A stretch of DNA of 55,145 bases from an uncultured Mycoplasmatota bacterium (GTDB lineage: Bacteria; Bacillota_I; Bacilli_A; RF39; UBA660), in contig CAMKMS010000004.1 in NCBI GenBank assembly GCA_946413985.1, forward strand, positions 1 through 55,145. Reading direction: 5' to 3'. Under the pieces are notes generated by a model. That model was not told the DNA's origin. It did not search any database and saw nothing but the letters and a program-made list of their open reading frames with translations. Within the stretch, counting starts at the first letter, position 1, and every line of letters begins with the position of its first letter. The translations under genes were made by a program, and so were the position numbers. Positions 29,424-39,322 of this stretch are shown here, one piece after another.

Positions 29424-29693
29424 ATGGATGATTATTTAGAAAATAAACTTATTATAACTGCGGAGGATGGAAATAAGGTCTTAATAAATGTCTTAGATAT
29501 TATAGATTCTTATACTTATAATAAAACTTTTATGATTTATACTTTTGCAAATGAGAATAAATCAGTCTTTGCATCTATACTAAATGAAGATAGTGCTTCA
29601 TATTCTTTAGATACCATTATTAATCAAGAAGAGATTGATTATATTAATGCTGAAATAAACAGAGTTTGCAGTGAACTAGCTGAGGCAAATTAA
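29424..29693 (+). CDS. DUF1292-like small acidic protein
   Basis: IITAEDGNK..INVLDII...NKTFMIYT...INQEEIDYI pattern, paralogous to 37401..37661; start moved to ATG 29424. Confidence 0.6.
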   Translation: MDDYLENKLIITAEDGNKVLINVLDIIDSYTYNKTFMIYTFANENKSVFASILNEDSASYSLDTIINQEEIDYINAEINRVCSELAEAN

Positions 29694-29706
29694 GGGGGAT
29701 ATTTAA

Positions 29707-31851
29707 ATGAATTTTGGAAGTTATAGTGAATTAGAAAAAGAAATAGATCGTTTAAAAAATAATCTTGAGAAATCATTAGAATATAAAAAAGTTGCTGAAA
29801 ATTCTTCTAGTCTACATTTTGATGATAAAGCTAAGTCTTTGAATCGTTTAGAAGGTGAAATTAATTCTTTAGAAAATCAAATTAAATCATTAGAAGAAAT
29901 ACAAAAAGCTTATAATGAATATATTGATAATCTAAAAGAAATACAAGATTTATATAATAGTATAGAAAAAGTAGATAATTTAGAAGAAAAATTAAATTCA
30001 TTAAGAGACAAAGTTAGTAAAGCAAAATCATTATTGCCTGAATCATTATTAAAAGAAGCTATGCAAAAGATTCAAGAGTATATTAAAACTCGAAATAATA
30101 ATGTAGTTAAGCCAAAAATTGAATTTCATGAAAATGAATTTCAAGTAAGCTTTAAAGAAGAAATAGACAAATTGGTCTCACAAATGAACAACATTCTTAA
30201 AGATAAATCTGTAGAGGAACTTCGTTATGGAGATTTAATAAATTCTAAAAATGATTTACTTAGATTAATTCCTGTAAAAGAAGAATTGTTCTCACGAATA
30301 AAAGCTTCTCAAAAACTTATTGATAAAGCAACGTATGAAGAATTGATGAGTCAGAATGTATTAATAACTAAAAAAATTGATGAATCAATGAAGAGTATTG
30401 ATGCAAATAAAAGAGAAAGAGATGCAATAAAAAAATTAATTAATAAAGAATTAAAAGATGATAAAAAGAAAATTAGTATTTTAGATAAAAAGAGAAATGA
30501 ATTTGAAGATAAAGTCAATAATCCTGAAAAGTACAAGTTATCTCAAGAAGAAGTTGATAAGTTAATATTTGCTTTAAAGGTAATTAGTGATGATAGAAAT
30601 ATGCTTATTGGTAGGGTTCGTGAGTTAAATGTAAATTTAAATAGGGTAAATGATGGAATAGCAATAAAAAAAGAATTTAAAGACAGTTTATTAGTAGAAC
30701 CTAAAACAAAATCAGATTTTAAGGCTTTTGAATTATCTAACCCAAAACCAAAACCTAAAGCTAAACCAGAGCCATCTAAAACTCAAAATGGAAATTCATC
30801 ATCATCTTCATCAACAAAGCCAGCACCAGATAATAAAGCTCCTGTAAAGGGTTCAGAAGAAAAAAGAAAAACTGGTGAAAAAGAAATTCCTAAAGCAGTA
30901 AATCCTAATTCAATAGAAGATTTAATCAAAAATGGAAAATTACCAAGATTTTTAGATTTTGATAATTTAAAGAAAATATTTTATGCATTGAATATTCCAG
31001 TAAAAGATAAAAATACTGTTTTGAATCCTGAACAAATTGATAGATTACAAAATGATCATGAGATTCAAGTATTATTGTTGTGTGAAAAAGTATATGATCG
31101 AAACGAAAAGAAAGTTTCAGAATATGATTTATTAATTAGTAAATATGAGTCTATATTAAAAGACAAGATGAAAAACCATGATCATATTAAGAATTTTAGT
31201 CCTGCTTATATTCAAAAAGTACAAAATTTATTAGGTAAATTAAAGTATGAAAGAGCTATGTATATTGAAAGAAATCAAAGACTTAAAGCTAATCTAAAGA
31301 TTGGTAATCTTGATTTAGAATATAGTGGAAAGAATGTTCTAGCGAATATTGATGATAAAAATAATGCAATGCTTTTAGATACTGTTGCTTCAGTTAAAAA
31401 TGATAAATTGAGATCTAAATATCAAAAATTAGATGGATTAAGAGAGAAAAAATATAAAAGCAAGTTTAGAAATAAAATTCAAGAAAAAAGAATTCAAAAA
31501 GTTCTAAAAAGAATAGAAGAATTAAAGTCTAAAAAGGCAGCAATAGCATCTAAACAAACTCAAATTATTAATTCAAATACTGATTTATACATAAAGAAAG
31601 TTACTGAAAGATTACAAAAATACTTAAATAGGCAAAATAGTATAGAACGTAGTGTTGATAAGATTAATGATATTGGTGAAAGAATTGAGATGAATCATCA
31701 AGAAAGAAAAGATTTATTAGATGATTATAGAAAAGAACCAAATTTTTTAGATAAAATGAGTATTGCTTTTGAAGATGGTAGATTAGAAAGAGAAACTGAT
31801 AGGTTAGAAACTCAAAGAGATATCGAAAATTTAATTGGTAGATTAAGATAA
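29707..31851 (+). CDS. Long coiled-coil hypothetical protein with Pro/Lys/Ser-rich linker
   Basis: Heptad-rich; PKPKPKAKPEPSKTQNGNSSSSSSTKPAP central linker. Confidence 0.75.
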   Translation: MNFGSYSELEKEIDRLKNNLEKSLEYKKVAENSSSLHFDDKAKSLNRLEGEINSLENQIKSLEEIQKAYNEYIDNLKEIQDLYNSIEKVDNLEEKLNSLRDKVSKAKSLLPESLLKEAMQKIQEYIKTRNNNVVKPKIEFHENEFQVSFKEEIDKLVSQMNNILKDKSVEELRYGDLINSKNDLLRLIPVKEELFSRIKASQKLIDKATYEELMSQNVLITKKIDESMKSIDANKRERDAIKKLINKELKDDKKKISILDKKRNEFEDKVNNPEKYKLSQEEVDKLIFALKVISDDRNMLIGRVRELNVNLNRVNDGIAIKKEFKDSLLVEPKTKSDFKAFELSNPKPKPKAKPEPSKTQNGNSSSSSSTKPAPDNKAPVKGSEEKRKTGEKEIPKAVNPNSIEDLIKNGKLPRFLDFDNLKKIFYALNIPVKDKNTVLNPEQIDRLQNDHEIQVLLLCEKVYDRNEKKVSEYDLLISKYESILKDKMKNHDHIKNFSPAYIQKVQNLLGKLKYERAMYIERNQRLKANLKIGNLDLEYSGKNVLANIDDKNNAMLLDTVASVKNDKLRSKYQKLDGLREKKYKSKFRNKIQEKRIQKVLKRIEELKSKKAAIASKQTQIINSNTDLYIKKVTERLQKYLNRQNSIERSVDKINDIGERIEMNHQERKDLLDDYRKEPNFLDKMSIAFEDGRLERETDRLETQRDIENLIGRLR

Positions 31852-31880
31852 AAAAATGTTTCCAAATGGAAACATTTTTT
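31851..31880. terminator. Bidirectional terminator between convergent genes
   Basis: AAAAAATGTTTCCA-AA-TGGAAACATTTTTT. Confidence 0.8.
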
Positions 31881-33222
31881 ATATACCAAGAACAGAAACT
31901 GCAATTTTAAAGTAAATAAATAATGAAACTGCATCTACTATTGTTGTTATAAATGGACTAGCCATTACAGCAGGGTCAAACTTCATTTTTTTTGCAATCA
32001 TTGGAAGAGAACATCCAATTACTTTAGCAACACATACTGTTAGAACAAGAGTTGAACATACAACTATAGCAACTTTAGTTGTTACTTTATCAATAAATAA
32101 TAGTTTTAAAAAATTGGCTGCTGCTAGTGTTAATCCAACGAAAAATGATACTCTTAATTCTTTAAATATTACTTTTAATATATCTTTAAATTCTACATCA
32201 TTAAGTGATAAACTACGAATTATTGTGGCTGAAGCTTGACCTCCAGCATTACCGCCAGTATCCATAATCATTGGAATAAATGCAGTAAGTATTACCATTG
32301 CTGCAAGACTTTCTTCATAATGCTGAATTATTTTTCCAGTGAAAGTAGCAGATACCATTAAAAGAAGTAACCATGGAATTCTACTTTTCCAAATATCAAA
32401 TATTGATTGCTTTAAATATGATTTTTCAGTAGGTAAGATTGCGTTCATTTTTTCGATATCTTCTGTTGCTTCTTCTTCAATAATATCAACAACATCATCG
32501 ATAGTTACAATACCTACAAGTTTATTTTCTGAATCAACTACTGGAACAGATGTTAAATCGTAATCCATTATAAAATTTGCTACTTCTTCTTGATCCATTA
32601 GAGTATTAACTGAAAGAACATCGCTATCCATAATATCAGATATCATAACATCATCATTATGTACTATTAAATCTTTTAATTGTATTGTTCCAATTAACTT
32701 TCTTGATTTATCTGTAATAAATATAGTTTCAATAGTTTCTGTTTCGTCATATTCTTGTCTTATTATTTTAGTAGCGTCTCTTACTGTATTATATTCTTTT
32801 AAATCAATATATTCAGTAGTCATTATACTACCAGCTGAATTATCTGGATATTTAAGTAGTTGATTTATATCTCTTCTTGTTTCCTTATCAACTTTATTTA
32901 ATAATCTTTTTACTACATTAGCTGGCATTTCATCAATTAAATCAGTAGCATCATCTGCTGCCATATCATTAATGATGTTTACAGCTTCTGTATCACTTAA
33001 CATACTAATTAATTTTGCTTGTGTATCAGTATCAAGATATGAAAAAACATCAGCGGCTTGCGACTTTGGAAGTAACCTAAATACTTTAATTAATTCTTTT
33101 TCTTCAAGTTCTTCTAAAATATCAGCTATATCGTGTTCATACATTTTAGATAATAAATCTTTAATTTTTGAATATTGTTTTTCATCAATTAAAACTTCTA
33201 TCTTTTCTTTCATTCTATTCAC
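31879..33222 (-). CDS. mgtE: Magnesium transporter MgtE
   Basis: N-domain, SAGSIMTTEY CBS pair, GIVTIDDV, RIPWL, GGNAGGQ, DPAVMASPFITTIVD. Confidence 0.97.
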   Translation of the reverse strand: MNRMKEKIEVLIDEKQYSKIKDLLSKMYEHDIADILEELEEKELIKVFRLLPKSQAADVFSYLDTDTQAKLISMLSDTEAVNIINDMAADDATDLIDEMPANVVKRLLNKVDKETRRDINQLLKYPDNSAGSIMTTEYIDLKEYNTVRDATKIIRQEYDETETIETIFITDKSRKLIGTIQLKDLIVHNDDVMISDIMDSDVLSVNTLMDQEEVANFIMDYDLTSVPVVDSENKLVGIVTIDDVVDIIEEEATEDIEKMNAILPTEKSYLKQSIFDIWKSRIPWLLLLMVSATFTGKIIQHYEESLAAMVILTAFIPMIMDTGGNAGGQASATIIRSLSLNDVEFKDILKVIFKELRVSFFVGLTLAAANFLKLLFIDKVTTKVAIVVCSTLVLTVCVAKVIGCSLPMIAKKMKFDPAVMASPFITTIVDAVSLFIYFKIAVSVLGI

Positions 33223-33330
33223 CGCCTTTATTCGCTTAAATTATACAAAAAAAATACTCTGAATGCAAAACTTTTTTATTCACTTTACTTTTTATGTTAT
33301 AATTATTTAGATGAAAGAGGTAAAAAGTAT

Positions 33331-34035
33331 ATGAATAATGGTATTCCAAATCATGTCGCAATTATAATGGATGGAAATGGTAGATGGGCAACAAAACAAG
33401 GTAAAAAAAGAACTGATGGACATTATGCCGGATATAAAAGACTTAAAAAAACAGCACTTTACATTTTAAGTAAGGGAGTTAAATATTTAAGTGTATTTGC
33501 TTTTTCAACAGAAAACTTTGGAAGAAGTAGTGAAGAAGTAGGTTACTTAATGGATCTTTTTGTAAAAGCATTCAAGAAAGAAAGAACATTTTTTAAAGAT
33601 AATAATATTAAAGTATTATTTTCAGGACGTAAGAAACCACTTAGTGATGATGTTTTAAAAATCATAGATATAATACAAGAAGACACTAAAGATTGTAGTG
33701 GTGGAGTATTTAATGTATGCTTAAATTATGGAGCACAGGCTGAAATAGTAGATGCAACTAAGAAAATAGCACAACTTTATAAAGAAGATAAAATTAGTCT
33801 AGATGATATTGATACAAATACATATTATCATTATTTATATAATGATTTACCACCAGTTGATTTAATGATAAGAACAAGCGGTGAAATTAGAATAAGTAAT
33901 TTTATGTTATATAGTTTAAGCTATGCTGAGTTATATTTTACAAGTACATGTTTTCCAGATTTTGATGAAAAAGAGTTTGATAAAGCTTTAGAAGATTATC
34001 AAAATAGAAATATTACAAAAGGTAAAATAAAATAA
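33331..34035 (+). CDS. uppS: Undecaprenyl diphosphate synthase (cis-prenyltransferase)
   Basis: HVAIIMDGNGRWA, FSTENF, DLMIRTSGEIRISNF. Confidence 0.97.
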   Translation: MNNGIPNHVAIIMDGNGRWATKQGKKRTDGHYAGYKRLKKTALYILSKGVKYLSVFAFSTENFGRSSEEVGYLMDLFVKAFKKERTFFKDNNIKVLFSGRKKPLSDDVLKIIDIIQEDTKDCSGGVFNVCLNYGAQAEIVDATKKIAQLYKEDKISLDDIDTNTYYHYLYNDLPPVDLMIRTSGEIRISNFMLYSLSYAELYFTSTCFPDFDEKEFDKALEDYQNRNITKGKIK

Positions 34036-34059
34036 AGGATATAAATCCTTTATTTTTTT
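34029..34059. terminator. Bidirectional terminator between uppS and the ispH fusion
   Basis: AAAATAAAGGAT-ATAA-ATCCTTTATTTT. Confidence 0.7.
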
Positions 34060-35933
34060 CTTAATTCTAAGTATTTTATAAATCCAAGAAGAATATTCTT
34101 AACATTTTGATTAATATTAGAAGATAATAGTTTTTCTTTTGATTCACTAAATAAACTTATCATTTTATTATTAGCATATTCTAGTGCACCAGAAATAGTT
34201 AATAATTCTTTAACTTTATTATATTCTTTATTTGTAATATTTTTCTTTCCATATATTTTTAGTAGTTCATCTAAATATTCTTTTTTATTTGTTTTTATAT
34301 AAGAATATAAAATAGTTTGTTTAAATTCTTCTATATCAGAATAATTTGGTTTACCAATTACATCCGTACTACTAAATACTCCAATAATATCATCTTTTAT
34401 TTGAAAAGCTATTCCAAGTGGTAATAAAACATTTTTCATTTCTTCAATATCTTTATCTTTATTATTAGATAAAATCATTCCTAAAGTAAATGGACCTACT
34501 ATAGTATAAATTGAAGTTTTTAATCTATATATTTCCATTATATCTTCTTCATTTAATTTATGATTTTTATCATTTTTTTCGATATATGGAAGATATACAT
34601 CAAGAATTTCTCCTTTAACAGTATCAATGACTATATTATTGTAGGTAGTTAATATTTTAGTTAGATTCTTATTATTCTTATAATGTGAAATAATGTAATT
34701 ATTAATATAATATAAACCAATATCTCCTAGACACAATGCAAGTGAAGTAGGGGTATTATCATTTTCCATATTCTTAAATTCATCTTTATATAATTCATGA
34801 ATAGTTTTTTTACCACGTCTCAAAGAACCATTATCAATAATATCATCATGAATTAAAATGGATGTTTCAAATGCTTCATATGATGAAGCTAGAGCTATTG
34901 CTTTATCATCATTTTTTAATGTTTTATAGCCAAGATCTATTAAAGTACCACGAATACATTTACCATCAAAATTCATATAAGTGAATTTGTCTAAAGCATC
35001 TTTTACTATTTTATTATTATTTCCTGATGTAACTACTTTATTAAACTTAATTAATTCTTTTTCTATATCTTTTTTTCTATTAGTATAATATATATAAAAT
35101 TCAAGTAAATTTGCATATTCTAATATTTGATTTTTCATAGTAGAAGCTCCACCAGTAAAACCAATTTTATCCGATAATTTGAATTTTTTTGTTTTTATAA
35201 AATCATAAAATTCTTCTATTTCACTAAAGAAATAAGTATCACATACTTTTTTACATTCATTATATAATTCTTTTGTATTTGAACTATTTTTTCCACCAAT
35301 AACAATCATCATATTCATATTTCGAGCTAACTCTATACTTGATAATTGGATTAGTTTTTGATAATTACAAATAGTATCTTTGAATTCATATTTAATCTTA
35401 TTTTTGTCCATATATTGTTTTAGATTATTAACATCTTCTGTACTAACAGTAGTTTGAGATACTAAATAGTAGTAAGTATTTTGATTAAGTAATTTATAGT
35501 CTTCTTCATTTTCAATAATAATAGCATTATTATCACACCATCCATTAGTAGCAATTACTTCTGGGTGAAGTTTTTTACCAACAATTATTATCTTATAATC
35601 TTTTTTCTTTTCTAGTACAATATCATGCACTTTTTTAACATTAATACATGTAGCATCATAATAAGTAATTCCATGATTATCTAAATAATCAAAGGTACTT
35701 TTAGGTTCACCATGTGCTCTAATTATTACAATATCATCCTTAGTTAAATTATCTAGGTTATCAATTATTTTAATACCTATTTTATTAAGTTCATTCACAA
35801 CGTAATTATTATGTAATATTTCTTTATAAATATAGACATTTTTATTCTTGTTTTCTTTTTTAACTTTTATTGCCAAATCAATTGCATTATTAGCGCCACT
35901 ACAAGTACCATAGATTTTAGGAAAATATATCAT
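34050..35933 (-). CDS. ispH: IspH (LytB) fused to a trans-polyprenyl diphosphate synthase
   Basis: N-half: GTCSG, ILHN, RAHG, DATC, HPEV, SQTT, DTIC, GGKNSSNT, GAST. C-half: GKCIRG, LIHDDIID..LRRGK, KT, FQIKDD. One continuous ORF. Confidence 0.92.
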   Translation of the reverse strand: MIYFPKIYGTCSGANNAIDLAIKVKKENKNKNVYIYKEILHNNYVVNELNKIGIKIIDNLDNLTKDDIVIIRAHGEPKSTFDYLDNHGITYYDATCINVKKVHDIVLEKKKDYKIIIVGKKLHPEVIATNGWCDNNAIIIENEEDYKLLNQNTYYYLVSQTTVSTEDVNNLKQYMDKNKIKYEFKDTICNYQKLIQLSSIELARNMNMMIVIGGKNSSNTKELYNECKKVCDTYFFSEIEEFYDFIKTKKFKLSDKIGFTGGASTMKNQILEYANLLEFYIYYTNRKKDIEKELIKFNKVVTSGNNNKIVKDALDKFTYMNFDGKCIRGTLIDLGYKTLKNDDKAIALASSYEAFETSILIHDDIIDNGSLRRGKKTIHELYKDEFKNMENDNTPTSLALCLGDIGLYYINNYIISHYKNNKNLTKILTTYNNIVIDTVKGEILDVYLPYIEKNDKNHKLNEEDIMEIYRLKTSIYTIVGPFTLGMILSNNKDKDIEEMKNVLLPLGIAFQIKDDIIGVFSSTDVIGKPNYSDIEEFKQTILYSYIKTNKKEYLDELLKIYGKKNITNKEYNKVKELLTISGALEYANNKMISLFSESKEKLLSSNINQNVKNILLGFIKYLELRKK

Positions 35934-36039
35934 AGTACACCTCTCTTAACTAGATTATATCATAAATAATTATTGTAAAGTATACAATATAATATTTTAA
36001 AAATATTAATTATATTATATTATTTAATAGGTAATATAG

Positions 36040-36660
36040 ATGAGTGATATTTTTAATAAAATAAATGAATGGTCATATCAAAGATTTGCTAGATTTTTTG
36101 GAATAGTTAAACCGTCAGATATAGAATTTGATAATAAGATGAAAAAAATATATGATTTAATTATTAATGAAAAAGTTGAAGATTTAGATTTTATCACCAA
36201 AGATTCAGGGTGTAGTTTTGATGAATGTGTTTTAAAAATTAGATATTTAAAAAATAAAAGATTAATAGGTGACTATTATATAGATATACCAAATAAAATA
36301 ATTAAAGAATGTAGTTCTGAAGATGAAATTCTATTACAAAAATATGTCCCTTATATTTATAATAAGCATTTACAAATCAATGAGATCGCTCTTAGACTTC
36401 CTAATACTTCTATTAATAACTTAGATGTGATGCAAGAAAGAGTTTATAAAGACATTAAGTATTTAAATGATAAAGGATTATTAAATGGCATTTCATTTGA
36501 TGAAGTTGATAAAAAAATAGTGTATTACACAATTGAAAAACATAAAAATGAAGCAGATACTATTACAATTAATTGCCCTAATTGTGGTGCTATCAACGAT
36601 GTTAATAGACATGGAAAAGTAAGATGTGCTTATTGTAAATCTATAATAGAAGATAAATAA
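36040..36660 (+). CDS. Hypothetical protein with C-terminal zinc ribbon (possible winged helices)
   Basis: CPNCGA...CAYC at the C-terminus. Confidence 0.7.
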   Translation: MSDIFNKINEWSYQRFARFFGIVKPSDIEFDNKMKKIYDLIINEKVEDLDFITKDSGCSFDECVLKIRYLKNKRLIGDYYIDIPNKIIKECSSEDEILLQKYVPYIYNKHLQINEIALRLPNTSINNLDVMQERVYKDIKYLNDKGLLNGISFDEVDKKIVYYTIEKHKNEADTITINCPNCGAINDVNRHGKVRCAYCKSIIEDK

Positions 36661-36689
36661 AAAATGACTATATTAAAATAGTCATTTTT
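36659..36689 (+). terminator. Intrinsic terminator
   Basis: AAAAATGACTAT...ATAGTCATTTTT. Confidence 0.7.
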
Positions 36690-36740
36690 ATTGTTAAAAA
36701 AGTAATTATTTGTTAAAATATATATAAGGGAAGTGAGAGT

Positions 36741-36989
36741 ATGAAAATGGATGAAACTACTATTGTAGATACAAAAACAATTATTGATGAAAATATGAAG
36801 AAAGAATTAATTAACGTAAGTAAAGATTTGGAAGAAAGAGGTTATGAACCAGTTAAACAAATAGTGGCATATCTTGTTAGTGGTGATCCTGGTTATATTT
36901 CTAGTTATAAAGAATGCAGAAATAGAATTACCAAATTTCAAAGAGAAGAAATACTTGAACTTATGTTGAGTAGTTTTATAAATAAATAA
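36741..36989 (+). CDS. ireB: IreB/ReoM family (UPF0297) regulatory protein
   Basis: LEERGYEPVKQIVAYLVSGDPGYIS...REEILE; upstream of ruvX. Confidence 0.92.
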   Translation: MKMDETTIVDTKTIIDENMKKELINVSKDLEERGYEPVKQIVAYLVSGDPGYISSYKECRNRITKFQREEILELMLSSFINK

Positions 36990-37411
36990 TGGTATACTTA
37001 GGTTTAGATTTAGGTAGTAAGACTTGTGGAATATCAATAAGTGATAAAACTTCTACAATAGCTAGTAGTGTTGAAGTAATAAGATATAAAGATACTAATG
37101 AATTATTACTTAATTTAGATACAATTGTATATACAAGAAATGTTGATGCGTTTGTACTTGGAAATCCTTTGAATTTAGACGGAAGTGTTTCAACAAGAAG
37201 TGAAATCACTTTTGATTTTAAAGAATTATTAGAAAGTAGATATCCAACTAAAAAAGTTTTTATGCAAGATGAAAGATTATCTACAGTAGAAGCAGAAAGG
37301 TTATTAATTAGTAATGATACTAGAAGAAAGAATAGAAAGAAAGTTATAGATAAAATAGCTTCTACGATTATATTACAGGCATTTTTGGATAAGAGGAAAA
37401 ATGAGAAATAA
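36989..37411 (+). CDS. ruvX: YqgF/RuvX family nuclease
   Basis: LGLDLGSKTCGISISD, DERLST, IDKIASTIILQAFLD. Confidence 0.95.
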   Translation: MVYLGLDLGSKTCGISISDKTSTIASSVEVIRYKDTNELLLNLDTIVYTRNVDAFVLGNPLNLDGSVSTRSEITFDFKELLESRYPTKKVFMQDERLSTVEAERLLISNDTRRKNRKKVIDKIASTIILQAFLDKRKNEK

Positions 37412-37661
37412 TTATATAACTTTAAAAGATAAAAATGGTAAAAAAAGAGAATATAGAGTTTTATTTGATGTAGAAAATACTAATAATAAATTAAACTATA
37501 TTGTTTATACTGATGATAAAAGAGATGATAATGGAATAGTGTCTTGTTTTGCATCAAGTTATGTTTTAAGTGATAAAGGTAATATTACTAAAATGAAAGC
37601 AATTTCTTCAGATGAAGAATTTAAAATACTTTCAAATATTTTAGAATCATTAGAAAAATAG
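37401..37661 (+). CDS. DUF1292 family protein
   Basis: ITLKDKNGKKREYRVL...NYIVYTD...ISSDEEF; canonical position after ruvX. Confidence 0.8.
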   Translation: MRNNYITLKDKNGKKREYRVLFDVENTNNKLNYIVYTDDKRDDNGIVSCFASSYVLSDKGNITKMKAISSDEEFKILSNILESLEK

Positions 37662-37682
37662 TTATAATCAAAGGTGTGTTTT

Positions 37683-38750
37683 ATGAAAAAAATAATAGGT
37701 TTATTAGTTCTTTTAATTATAATGGGATGTGCTTTATTTTTAACATATAATCATTTATTAACATCTCCAAATAATGATGGAACTAAAGTTAAAGTATATA
37801 TAGATGAAGGACAAACATATAGTACCATAGGTTCTTTATTAAAAGAAAAGGGTATTATAAGAAATGAACTTGCATATAAGATATATGTTAAGTTGAATGA
37901 AACAAAAGATTTAGAATTTGGTGAATATGAAATAAGTAATAATCTTAGTGTTATGGATGTTATTAAAGAGTTAGAAAAAGGTAGTAATACAACAGCAGAA
38001 ACAATAACAGTAACTTTTTATGAAGGAAAGAATATGAGAAATGTAGTTAATACTATGGTTTCAAAATTTGGACTTGATGAAAAAGAAATATATAGTAAGT
38101 TAAAAGATACTACTTACTTAGATTCATTAATCAGTAAATATTGGTTTTTAAATAAAGATATTAAAAATAAGAATATCTATTATTCTTTAGAAGGATATTT
38201 ATTTCCTGATACGTATGAATTCTATACAAGTGCTACTATAGAAGATATTTTTGAAAAAATGCTTGATAATATGGAAAGTAAATTAGAAAGTTATAAAGAA
38301 AAAATAGAAAAAAGTAAATATAGTGTTCATGAATTATTAACTCTTGCATCTATTGTTGAATTAGAAGCTGGTAATAGTAATGATAGAAAAGGTGTTTCAG
38401 GAGTATTTATAAATAGATTAAATGATGGATGGAGTCTTGGTAGTGATGTTACTACATATTATCAAGCAAAAATTGATAATTATAAAAGAGATTTAACACA
38501 AGAAGAATTATCAAAATGTGGAAGTTATAATACAAGAAATGGATGCTTAGAAGGACGCCTTCCAGTAGGTCCAATATGTAATCCAGGAATAGAGTCTATT
38601 ATTGCTGCTATTAATCCTAAAAATCATAATTATTATTATTTTGTGGCTGATAAGAATGGTAAAACTTATTTTAATAAAACTTATGATGATCACTCAAGTA
38701 CAGTAAGTCAGTTAAAAAGAGATGGATTATGGATAGAGTACGAAGAGTAA
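37683..38750 (+). CDS. mltG: Endolytic transglycosylase MltG
   Basis: N-terminal TM, LEGYLFPDTY, LASIVELEA, LGSDVT, GPICNPG, YYFVAD. Confidence 0.95.
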   Translation: MKKIIGLLVLLIIMGCALFLTYNHLLTSPNNDGTKVKVYIDEGQTYSTIGSLLKEKGIIRNELAYKIYVKLNETKDLEFGEYEISNNLSVMDVIKELEKGSNTTAETITVTFYEGKNMRNVVNTMVSKFGLDEKEIYSKLKDTTYLDSLISKYWFLNKDIKNKNIYYSLEGYLFPDTYEFYTSATIEDIFEKMLDNMESKLESYKEKIEKSKYSVHELLTLASIVELEAGNSNDRKGVSGVFINRLNDGWSLGSDVTTYYQAKIDNYKRDLTQEELSKCGSYNTRNGCLEGRLPVGPICNPGIESIIAAINPKNHNYYYFVADKNGKTYFNKTYDDHSSTVSQLKRDGLWIEYEE

Positions 38751-39322
38751 TAAACGAAATAAAAGAGTATGGTATTAATAATGACGTACCAATAATGAGT
38801 GAAGAATCTATTAATACAATAAGTAGTATTATTAAAGAAAATAGTATTAAAACTATTCTAGAAATTGGAACAGCAATTGGATATTCAACTATTTGTTTTG
38901 CAAGTCTTAATCTTGATAAAATAACAAGTATTGAAAGAGATAAGGTAAGATATGAAATGGCTGTATCTAATGTAAAAAAGAGTAATCTAAATAATATTGA
39001 ATTAATATTTGATGATGCATTAAATACTAATATTAATGGTATTTATGATATGGTTATTATTGATGCTGCAAAAAGTCAAAATAAAAGATTTTTAGATAAG
39101 TTTAAAAATAATTTAAAAAAAGATGGAATAGTAATAATTGATAATTTAGATTTTCATGGATTTGTTGGTAAAAGTGGTGAAATCAAATCGAGAAATTTAA
39201 GACAAATGGTTAGAAAAATAGAAAAATTCATTGATTATCTTGATAATCAAAATGAATTTGATGTAGAATACATCGAAGTGGGAGATAAATTGGGTGTATG
39301 CAGAAGAAAGAAAAGTTTTTAA
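38729..39322 (+). CDS. trmR: O-methyltransferase YrrM/TrmR family
   Basis: VPIM, ILEIGTAIGYS, IDAAKSQ, IDN; synteny mltG-yrrM-yrrN-yrrO. Confidence 0.85.
   Translation: MDRVRRVINEIKEYGINNDVPIMSEESINTISSIIKENSIKTILEIGTAIGYSTICFASLNLDKITSIERDKVRYEMAVSNVKKSNLNNIELIFDDALNTNINGIYDMVIIDAAKSQNKRFLDKFKNNLKKDGIVIIDNLDFHGFVGKSGEIKSRNLRQMVRKIEKFIDYLDNQNEFDVEYIEVGDKLGVCRRKKSF

Noticed and set aside
33223-33330. M-box riboswitch upstream of mgtE
   Set aside because: The intergenic region is only ~108 bp, is shared with divergent uppS and shows no M-box motifs.
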